Notes under the pieces: generated by a model | What the model was told of the DNA's origin: nothing | Seen by the model: only the letters and a program-made list of their open reading frames with translations | Database searches by the model: none | Made by a program: the position numbers and the translations under genes | In this document: piece by piece, positions 26,195-37,716 of the stretch | Position numbering within the stretch: the first letter of the stretch is position 1 | Layout of the letters: the number at the start of each line of letters is the position of its first letter | NCBI RefSeq assembly: GCF_009914755.1 | Contig: NC_060932.1 | Reading direction: 5' to 3' (one strand) | From: the human T2T-CHM13v2.0 reference genome, Homo sapiens | DNA length: 64,000 nt

Positions 26195-27276
26195 TATCAG
26201 GGGAACCAGCCACCAATATTTCATCGTAGGTTCTTTTCTATTTTCCCTAAGTGTCGGCTGGTATGAGAAATAAGAGAAAGAGTACAAAGAGAAATTTTAC
26301 AGCTGGGCCACTGGAGGTGACATCACATATCAGCAGGTTCCATGATGCCCACCTGAGCAGCAAAACCAGCTAGTTTTTATTAAGGATTCTAAAAGGGGAG
26401 GGGGTGTACGAACAGTGAGTAAGTCACAAAGATCACGTTTCAAAGGGCAATAAAATATCACAAGGCAAAGGCAAAATTAGAATTACTGATGAGGGCCTAT
26501 GTCCTGCTGTGCATGCATTGTCTTGATAAACATCTTAACAGGAAACTGGGTTTGAGAGCAGACAACCATCTGACTAGAAATTACCAGGCTGGAGTTTCTC
26601 AATCCTAGTAAGCCTGAGGGCACTGCAGGAGACCAGGGCATATTTCAGTCCTTATCTCAACCACATAAGACAGACACCCCCAGAGCGGCCATCTATAGAC
26701 CTACTGCCAGGAATGCATTCCTTCCCCAGGGTCTCAATTATTAATATTCCTTGCTGGGAAAAGAATTCAGTGCTATTTCTCCTACTCACACATCCATCTA
26801 TAGGCTTTCTGCAAGAAGAAAAATATGGCTCTATTCTGTTTTACCCCGCAGGCAGTCAGACCTTATGGTTATCCTTCCTTGTTCCCTGAAAATTGCTGTT
26901 ATTCTGTTCTTTTTCAGGGTGCACTGATTTCATATTGTTCAAACACACATGTTTTACAAACAATTTGTACAGTTAATAATACAATCATCACAGGGTCCTG
27001 AGGTGACATACATCCTCAGTTTACGAAGATGATGGGATTAAGAGATTAAAGTAAGACAAGTGTAAGAAATTATAAAAGTATTAATTTGGGGAACTAATAA
27101 ATGTCCATGAAATCTTCAAAATTTATGTTCAGAGATTGCAGTAAAGACAGGTGTAAGAAATTATAAAAGTATTAATTTTGGGAACTGATAAATGTCCACG
27201 AAATCTTCACAATTTATGTTCTTCTGCTGTGGCTTCAGCTGGTCCCTCCATTCAGGGTCCCTGACTTCCCGCAACA
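26195..27276 (-). mobile_element. MER11 (HERV-K11/HML-8) solo LTR, MER11A-like
   Basis: Minus strand starts TGTTGCGGGAAGTCAGGGACCC; 6-bp TSD TTTGAA at 26189-26194 and 27277-27282; internal tandem repeat of ~90 bp at ~27050-27220. Confidence 0.95.
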
Positions 27277-27479
27277 TTTGAATGTATTTTTTATCTTATT
27301 TATTATAAATAGTATTTACCATTGTATTGCAGACTACTAGTTGGTATCTCTTACTAAACAAAATAAAGAATGGAAGAATAAAATAGAAAAATTTTGAAGA
27401 AATGTTGATAATTGTTAATGAAAAAGGAACTATTATAGTTCTGATAAAATTAACATTTATATGCTAATTACACTTATCA

Positions 27480-28334
<855 letters not shown>

Positions 28335-28381
28335 TTTTCAGCTGACCCATGTGTGCATAGGTTCTAAATTACCTAAGATTT

Positions 28382-28476
28382 GGAGGATCACTTGAGCCCG
28401 GAGGTTGGAGGCTGCAGTGAGCTATTATTGTGCCACTGACCTCCAGTAGAGGCAACAGAGTGAAACTTTGTCTCTA
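28382..28476 (+). mobile_element. AluJ/FRAM-type right-monomer fragment
   Basis: GGAGGATCACTTGAGCCCGGAGGTTGGAGGCTGCAGTGAGCTA...GTCTCT; followed by a T-run, not poly(A). Confidence 0.85.
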
Positions 28477-29336
28477 TTTTTTTTTAAGTTGTTTCCCCAA
28501 GATGGTAGATTAGAGACTTTCAGCTTGCCTCAGCCACTTGGAAGTAGCAAGATAGTGCATAAAGATCAACTCTGCAAGCTTTAATTTACAAAGGAAAGTG
28601 GGAATCCACCAGAATCATGAAGGACATCTTAGATCCCAGGAAGGAGCGCAGAGGCTAACAGCCTCTGTGACAGCACCTAGCTAACAGAAGTGAGGGAAGC
28701 CCCAATACGTGAGAGGCAGAGAGCCTCCCTCTGTGATGCACCTTTCTCCTGGGGATCCAGGCAACCCCGGTTGAGACATAGCACGTTGTTTTGTTAGTTC
28801 CAAGCCCTGGAGCTAACTTGGGGAGAGGCCTGGGGATGTTGTGAGGAAGACACCAGGATAAGCTGCAGACATTTTCCCAGACCTGGAACTGAGAGTAGAA
28901 TGCAATTTTTAAATAGGACACATAAAAAATCAGCCACTGTTTGGTGACCTGGCAACATGGCTGCATAGACATTACATTTTAGTCTTGGGTCAGAGATTGG
29001 TGCATATGGAGTGGTGCAGGGGCTTCTATAGCCTGAACTGTGGACAGTGCCTCTGCAGTAGGCATTGGAATTGTGCTCTCCCCCATTGCCAGCCTGAGGC
29101 AGGAGGAAACTGCTGCAGCTGCAGTTTTTTCTGGGTGGTGAGTTTTGCAACCAGCCAGCTTGGTAACTGGAAACTAATCTGTGTGTGCCACACTGAGTGC
29201 CCCATTCTGCTCCCCTGACAGCATGGTGCAGCAGGGCCCTCTCTGCTCCACTGGCAGGCAGAAATTCCAGCATTTGGAGCACTTGCTTCCCTGGACCAGC
29301 AGCCTGAGCCACCCCACCCTACATGGACATAGATCA

Positions 29337-30467
29337 TGTGTCCGGAATTGGTGGGTTCTTGGTTTCACTGACTTCAAGAATGAAGCTGCGGAACCTCGTG
29401 GTGAGTGTTACAGTTCTTAAAGATGGTGTGTCCGGAGTTTGTTCCTTCAGATGTTCAGATGTGACTGGAGTTTCTTCCTTCTGGTGGGTTCATGACCTTG
29501 CTGACTTCAGGAATGAAGCTGCAGATCATCGTGGTGAGTGTTACAGCTCATAAAGGTGGCACAGACCCAAAGATTGAGCAGCAGCGAGATTTATTGCGAA
29601 GAGCGAAAGAATATAACTTCCACAGCATGGAAGGGGACCCAAGCAGGTTGCGGCTGCTGGCTCCGGTGGCCTGCTTTTATTCCCTTATCTGGCCCCACCC
29701 ACATCCTGCTGATTGGTCCATTTTACAGAGAGCTGATTGGTCCGTTTTACAGAGAGCTGATTGGTCCATTTTGACAGAGTGCATTTACAATCCTTTAGCT
29801 AGACACAGAGTGCTGATTGGTGCATTTACAATCCTTTAGCTAGACACAAAAGTTCTCCAAGCCCCCACCAGATTAGCTAGACACAGAGTGCTGATTGGTG
29901 CGTTTACAGTCCTTTAGCTAGACACAAAATTTCTCCAAGTCCCCACCAGATTAGTTAGACACAGAGTGCTGATTGGTGCATTTACAAACCTTTAGCTAGA
30001 CACAGAGTGCTGATTGGTGCATTTACAATCCTTTAGCTAGACAGAAAAGTTCTCCAAGTCCCCACCTGACCCAGAAGCCCAGCTGGCTTCACCTCTCAAT
30101 GGCACTCACCGTGGGACTTTGTGGCACCTAGCCCTGGCACTCTGGCAGCCCACAGGGAGCTCATCCCTCGATCAAGACCAGCAGGCACCAGCTGGCCACA
30201 CCGAGTGTGGGGCCCACCAAGCCCGCACCCACTCGGAACCCGTGCTGGCCTGTGAGTGCTGCACGCAGCCCCGGCTCCCGCTCATGCCTCTACCTCCACA
30301 CCTCCCCATGAGCAGAGGGAGCTGGCTCTGGCCTCAGCCAGCCCCAGAGAGAGGCCCCCACAGCACAGCGGCAGGCTGAAGGGCTCCTTGAGTGTGGCCA
30401 GAGCAGATTCTGAGGCTGAGGAGGTGCTGAGAGTGAACGAGGGCTGCTACCACATTGTCACCTCTCA
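29337..30467 (-). mobile_element. LTR12 (ERV9) solo LTR, LTR12B/D-like
   Basis: Minus strand starts TGAGAGGTGACAATGTG and ends AATTCCGGACACA; 4-bp TSD ATCA at 29333-29336 and 30468-30471; seven CCAAT boxes. Confidence 0.95.
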
Positions 30468-31786
30468 ATCATAGTGCAGTGAGACTGTCTCTGCTCCATG
30501 CCCAGGCAGATTGCCAGGCATTCACAGCATCAATTTGTGAGTACCCATGCCTGATTCAGTAGCCTGAGCCACACTACTCTTCATGGGCATAGATTATGGT
30601 ACAATGCAGCATTCTCTGTGACACACCCAGGCATTCAGAGTAGCCACTTGCCTGGTTCAACGGACTAGGTTGCCCCACTCCTCCTTTGCAGAGTTCCTGG
30701 TGCAGAGGACCCTCTCCATCCGTGCCCAGACAGATCTCCAAACATTCAAAACACCTGTTCACCTGGATCAGCAGCCTGACCTGCCCCACCCTTCCCATGC
30801 AGAGATCTTGGTGCAGGTATCCCCTCTGCTGCATGCCTTGGCAGCTCACCAGGCATCCGGAGCACTCACTCTCCTGGATTAGGAGTTTAAGCTATTATTT
30901 CCTATCCCTGTGCAGTGATTTGGGGCCGAAGAGGTTTCCCAGCTCCATGCATAGGCACATCTCTGGATGATTGATGGCTGCCCATTGGAGTCTACCTCAG
31001 CTGAGGTGCTTATGCTTGCCATCAGGGAATCTCTAGGTAGACCTGCCTCATCCAGCCCTGCCCTTCTTGGCCCCAGTCTCCCACACCACCAGGGCTGACC
31101 AAGGAGCTCAGAACACTTTGAATTACACAAATCAGCCCACTGCCTGAGGCAACAGAGAGCTTCTCCTAGTAAACAAGGATCAAGTATATACCCAGCCACA
31201 TTGCCTGCAGTCAGCTCTCACCTATAGGTGCCATCTACTATTTGAAGATCAAACTGCACAGCCCAATATGAAGACTGCCAAATATAAAAGTTTTTCCAAA
31301 AGAAGTGTATAAAAGCAAAGCCAAAGACACTACCCAACACGGTCTATAGTAGCACACCCTAGAGAAGCAGGGAAAGGAAAATAAGAAAAAAAATAAGTAT
31401 ATTAAAGGGAAATAAAGAAAAAGAAAAAATCTTACAAGCATGAAAATAATTACAAAAAATTAGAAGTGCTAGTGTCTCCAGATGAGAAGGAACTGACATA
31501 AAAATTTTGGTACCATGAAAAATCTGAATGTAGTGGCACCAGCAAAGTATTGCAATAGCTTTTCAACAATGATTGCAAATAAAAATGAAACTCAGAAATG
31601 GCAGATAAAGAATTCAAAGCTTGGATTGGAAGGAAGTTCAATGAGATCCAAGACAAGGTTGAAAACTGACAAAAAGAAACTTGTAAAGCAATCCAGGAAA
31701 TGAAGAAAAAGAGAAATATCTTAAAAAGAAATTAATCAGTGCTTTGGAATAGAAAAACTCACTTAAGAAATTTCAAAATACAACTG

Positions 31787-32625
31787 CTTTTATATACAAT
31801 ATACAAGCTTTATAAACAGACTATATACAATTTTTTGTATATGTATTATATGTATATTGTGTGTATATTATATATGTATATACATATTTATGTATGTTAT
31901 ATATTATATGTATATTGTATGTACATATGTATATTATATATTTATATATAATATACAATATACAAGCTTTATAAACAGACTAGATTGAGCAGAAAAAAGA
32001 ATTGTATGTATATTATATATGTATACACATATATGTATGTATATTATATATAATATATCATATGTATATACGTATATTGTATAGCAAAGTCTTGAAGACT
32101 TTGCTCATTTTATTTAATTCTTTTGTTAAAAAAGTTGTCTGATTGGGTTAGTTTGAAAGGCCAGTCTTCAAGCTCTGTGATTCTTTTTTCTGCTCAATCT
32201 AGTCTGTTTATAAAGCTTGTATATTCTATATAAGATATATACAATATATATCTTGTATATATACACAAAATATATACCTTGTATACATATATACACATAA
32301 TATATACCTTATATATATACACACAATATATATACCTTGTATATATATACACACAATATATGTATACTATATATATACACTATATATATTGTAAGATACA
32401 TACAATATATAAGTATATAAGATATATACTATATATAGTATATAAATTGTATATAAGATATATACTTATATATTGTATATGATATATACAATATACAAAC
32501 TTTATAAACAGACTAGATTGAGCAGAAAAAAGGAATCTCAGAGCTTGAAGACTGGTCTTTCAAACTGACTCAGTCAGACAATTTTTTAAAAAAAAGAATT
32601 AAATAAAGTGAGCAAAGTCTTCAAG
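31787..32625. repeat. Complex direct and inverted duplication with TA-rich filler in L1 ORF1
   Basis: ATACAAGCTTTATAAACAGACTA occurs at ~31801 (+), ~31960 (+), ~32200-32222 (-) and, with one mismatch, ~32493 (+); 140-bp inverted repeat 32091-32230 vs 32485-32625. Confidence 0.92.
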
Positions 32626-32874
32626 AAATAAGGAATTACGTAAAGTGATAGATCTTAGGAATTATTTGCATGCCTGAGAAAGAAGGACAAAAGCAAACAC
32701 TCTGTGAAATATATTTGAGGAAATAACTCAAGAAGACTTCCTTAATCTTGCTAAAAATTAAGACATCTAGATACAAGAAATCCAGAGAATGCCTGTGAGA
32801 TGTTTTACAAAATGAACATTGCCAAGGCTTATATTCACCAGACTGCTCAAGGTCAAAGCTAAAAAAAAAGTCTT

Positions 32875-33152
32875 GGTTGAGCATGGTGGTTCACACCTGT
32901 AATCCTAGCACTTTGGGAGGCCGAGGCAGGTAGATCCCTTGAGGTGGGGAGTTTGAGACCAGTCTGGCCAAAATTATGAAACCCTGGTGGTGCATGCCTG
33001 TAATCCCAGCTACTTGGGAGGCTGGGACAGGAGTCACTTGAACCTGGGAGGTGGAGGTTGCAGTGAGCTGAGATCGCGCCACTGTCTTCCAGCCTGGGTG
33101 ACAGGGTGAGACTCAGTCTCAAAACATAAAAAAGTAAAAATAAAAATAAAAT
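32875..33152 (+). mobile_element. AluS with the central linker deleted, in L1 ORF1
   Basis: ACCCTG joins directly to GTGGTGCATGCC; TSD AAAAAAGTCTT at 32864-32874 and 33153-33163. Confidence 0.93.
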
Positions 33153-33462
33153 AAAAAAGTCTTAAAGACAGCTACAGAAAATGGGCAAATCCCTTACAAA
33201 GGGAACCCAATCAGGCTAATAGCAGACTTCTCAGCAGAAATATTAAAAGCCAGGAGAGATTGGGGGCCTATTTTCAGCATTTATAAAGAAAAGAAAAGCC
33301 AACCAGGAATTATATATCCCCTCAAACTAAGCTTTATAATTGAAGGAGAAAAAAATCATTTCCAGATAAGCAACTTGTAAGGTAATTTGTTACCACTAGA
33401 CCACCCTTATGGGAGATCCTTAAGGGAGTTCTAAACATGGAAATGAAAGAATAATACTTGCC

Positions 33463-33464
<2 letters not shown>

Positions 33465-33506
<42 letters not shown>
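33465..33506. repeat. (CA)21 microsatellite
   Basis: Read directly. Confidence 0.97.
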
Positions 33507-33508
<2 letters not shown>

Positions 33509-36500
33509 ACTTAAGTACATAGCCCACAGACCCTATAAAGCAATCAAACATTAGAAACTACAAAACAACCAGTCAACAACTTTATGCTAGAATCAAAACC
33601 TCAAATATCAATATGAACCTTGAATGTAAATGGTCTAGATGCCCCACTTAAAGGGCACAGAGTGGCAAGTTGGATAAAAAACAAGACCCATGCATTTGCT
33701 GTCTTCAAGAGGCCCATATCACATGTAACATCGCTGATAGGTTCAAAGTATAGGGCTGGAGAAAGATCTACCACGCAAATAGAAAGAAAAAAAAAGCAGA
33801 TCTCGCTATGCTTATATCAGATAAAACAGACTTTAAACCAACATCAGTAAAAAGGAAAAAGAAGGGCATTACATAATGATAAAAGGTACAATTCAGCAAG
33901 AAGACTTAACTACCTTAAATACATATATGTATATATATATATATGTGTATATTATATATATACACACACACACACACACACATATATATATGCACCCAAT
34001 GTTGGAATACTCAGATTCATAAAACAAGTACTTCTAGACATAAGAAGTATTTAAAAAGACTTAGACAGCCGGACAATAATAGTTAGGGACTGACGCCACT
34101 GACAGCATTAGCATTAGTGTCAACACCCCACTGACAGCATTAGACAGATCATATAGGCAGAAAACTAACAAAGAAATTCTGGACTGAAACTTGACATTTG
34201 ACCACTTGGACCTAATAGACATCTACAGAATACTCCATGCATCAACCACAGAATATACATTTTTCTCATTTGCACATGGAATATACTCCAAGGTCAACCA
34301 CATGCTAAGCCATAAAGTAAGCCTGAATAAATTCAAAACATCAAAATAATACCAACTATACTATTGGACTACAGTGGAACAAATACAGAAGTCAACACCA
34401 AGAAGATCTCTCAAAATGAAACAGTTACATTGTAATTAAATAATTTGTTTCTGAATGACTTTTGGATAAACAATAAAATTAAGGAGAAATTAAAAAAATC
34501 CTTGAAGTAAATGAAAACAGAGACACAACATACCAAAATTTCTGGAATGCAACAAAAGCAGTGTTAAGAGGAAAGCTTATAGCCCTAAACACCAACCTCA
34601 AAAAGTTAGAAATATCCCAAATTAACAATCTAACATCACACCTAGAGGAACTAGAATAACAAGAACAAACCAACTCCATGGCTAGCAGGAAAAAAATATA
34701 ACTAAAATCAGAGTGGAACTGAACAAAATTGAGACCCAAAAATCCATACAAAGAATCAATGAAATGAAAAGTTGCTTTTTTTTGAAAGGAAAAACAAGAT
34801 TTTTAGATGGCTAGCTAGATTAAGAAAAAAAGAGAGAGATCCAAATAAGCACAATTAGAAATGGCAAAGGTGACATTAAAACCAAACCCATGGAGATACA
34901 AAAGACCCTCAGAGACTATTACGGACACTTCCATGCACACAAACTAGAAAACCAAGAGGAAATAGATAAATTCCTGGAAACACACAATCTCTCAAGATTG
35001 AGTCAGGAAAAAAATTGAAACCCTGAAAGACCAAGATTAAGTTGAATCAGTAATAAAATTGAGTCAATAATAAAAAAACCTAGTAACCAAAAAGAACCCC
35101 ACACAAGATGGACTCACAGCCAAATTCTACAAGTTGTACAAAAAGGAGCTAGTATCAATCCTACTGAAACTATTCCAAAAAATTGAGGAGAGGGAATCCT
35201 CCCTAACTCAGTCTACAAAGCCAGCATCACTGTTTACCAAAATCTGGTAAAGACACAACAACAACAACAGCAACAACAAAACCTACAGGCCAATATCCCT
35301 CCCCTATTAACATAAATGCAAAAATCCTCAACAAAATACTAGTAAACCAAATCCCAAATCACATCAAAAATTTAATTCACCATGATCACGTAGGTTCATT
35401 CTTGGAATGCAAGGTAGTCCAAAACAGCCAAATCAACAAATGTGATTCACTACATTTAATTCACAGAATTAAAAACAAAACCATATGATTATTTCAATAG
35501 ATGCAGAAAAAGCTGCCAATAAAATCCAACAGGGCTACATGATAAAAGTCTCCAAGAAAGTAGGCACTGAAGAAACTTACCTCAAAATAATAAATGGCAA
35601 ACTCACGGCTAACATCATACTAAATGGGCAAAAACTAAAAATATTCTCCTTGAGAACTTGAACAAGACAAGGATGTCCACTTTTGCCACTCCTATTCAAC
35701 ATAGTACTGGAAGTGCTAGCCAGAGCAATCAGGTGAGAGAAAGAAATAAAAGGCATCTAAATAGGGAAAGAAGTCAAACTATCTCTGTTCATAGATAATA
35801 TGATTCTATACCTGGAAAACTCTAATGACTTTTCCAAAAGCTCCTGGAAGTGACAAACAAACTTTAGTAAAGTTTCAGGATACAAAGTCAGTAGCATTTC
35901 TATGCACCAACAATGTTCAAGTTGAGGGTCAACTCAAGAACACAATTATAATTACAACAGTTAAAAATATATATATAATACCTAGGAATACCTCAAATAA
36001 AGGAGGTGAAAGGTCTGCACAAGGAAAACTACAAAACGCTGCTGTGTGAAATAATAGAGACACATACAAATGAAAAAATATTTCATGCTCATGGATTGGA
36101 AGAATTAATCTCGCTAAAACGGGAATACTGCCCAAAGTAATCTACAGATTCAATGCTATTCCTTTCAAAGGGTCAACATCATTTTTCAGAGAAGTAGAAA
36201 AAAGTATTCTAAAATTTATATAGAACCAAAAAGTAGCCCAAGGAACCAAAGCAATGTAAGCCAAAAGAACAAAGGTGGAGGCATCACATTACCTGTCTTC
36301 AAACTATACTGTAAAGCTGTAGTAACCAAAATAGCATGATACCTGTACAAAGACAGACACATGGATCAATAGAACTGAATAGCAAATCCAGAAATAAAGT
36401 TGCACACCTACAGTCATCTGATATTCAACAGTCAACAAAAACAAGCAAAGTCAAAAGGACTCCCTATTTGAAAAATGTCCCTGGAATAGCTGGCTAGCAA

Positions 36501-37716
36501 TATGCAGAAGAATAAAACTTGACCATTACTTTTCACCAATACAAAAATTAACTCAAAATGAATGAAAGACTTAAATATAAGGCCTCTAACTATAAGACTT
36601 TGAGAAGAAAACCTAGCAAACTCCATTCTGGAAATTGTCCTTGGGAAAGAATGTATGACTAAGTCCTCAAAAGCAATTGCAACAAAAACAAAAATTGACA
36701 AATGGGACCTAATGAAAGTAAAAGCCCTGCACAGCAAAAGAAACTATCAACAGAGTAAACAGACAACCTAAAGAATGGGAGAAAATATTCATCAAGTATG
36801 CATCCAACAAAGGTGTAGTATCCAGAATCTATAAGGAACTAAAACAATTAAACACTCAAAAGGAAATAACCCCATTTAAAAAAACTGCCAAAGACATGGA
36901 CATTTCTCCAAAGGAGTCATATAATGAGCCAAAAAATCTATAAAAAATACTGTACATCACTAATCATTAGATAAGTGCAAATCAAAACCACAAGGAGATA
37001 CCATCTCACATAAGTCAGAATGGCTATTATAAAAAGTAAAAAAAAAAAAAAAAGTAAGGCTGTGGAGGAAATGGAATACTTATACACTCTTGGTGGGAAT
37101 GTAAATTAGTTCAGCCACTGTGGAAAGCAGTTTGGCAATTTTTCAAAGAACTTAGAACAGAATTACCATTTGACCTAGCAATCCCATCAGTGGGTATATA
37201 TCCAAAAGAAAACAAATCCTTCTACCAAAAAGACACATGCACTTGCATGTTCACTGCAGCACTATTCACAATAGCAAAGACAGAGAATAAACCTACATGT
37301 CCATCAATGGTGGACTGGATAAAGAAAATGTAATATATATACACCATGGAATACTACATAGACCTAAAAAACAATAAAATTTTGTCCTCTGCAGCAACAT
37401 GGATGCACTATGGAGGCTACTATCCTAAGTGAATTAATGCAGAAACTGAAAACCAAACACTGCATGTTCTCACTTATAAGTGGGAGCTAAACACTGGGTT
37501 ACTCGTGGACATAAATATGGTGACAGTAGACACTAGGGACCACTAGAGGGAGGAGAGAGAAGGATAAAGATTTAAAAACTAACTATTGGGTACTATGCTC
37601 AGTTAACTTGGTGATGGGATAATTTGTACCCCCAACTTCATCATCATGCAATATACCCAGGTAATAAACATGAATATGTACCTTCTGAATCTCTAATAAA
37701 GGTTGAAAAAATATAG

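Larger units (their letters stand above)
28490..37710 (+). mobile_element. Full-length L1PA16-like LINE-1 (inactive) with nested insertions
   Basis: YY1-type CAAGATGG at 28498; repeated 5' UTR monomers; ORF1 remnants; endonuclease start (NVNGLDAPLK); RT motif decayed to SLFIDNMI (~35782-35805); L1PA15/16-type 3' UTR. Confidence 0.9.

Noticed and set aside
27050-27220. Tandem repeat inside MER11 as a novel array
   Set aside because: As I recall, this repeat is part of MER11 LTR structure.
28794-29312. 172-aa minus-strand ORF
   Set aside because: It lies antisense in the GC-richer L1PA16 5' UTR, where stops are rarer; no recognisable domain.
29700-30070. Repeat-spacer pattern resembling a CRISPR array
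   Set aside because: These are the known ERV9/LTR12 U3 tandem repeats with non-unique spacers, in primate DNA with no cas genes.
31787-32625. Inverted repeat as the termini of a DNA transposon or MITE
   Set aside because: The arms are copies of local L1 ORF1 sequence, one arm is the native L1 continuation, and there is no TSD.
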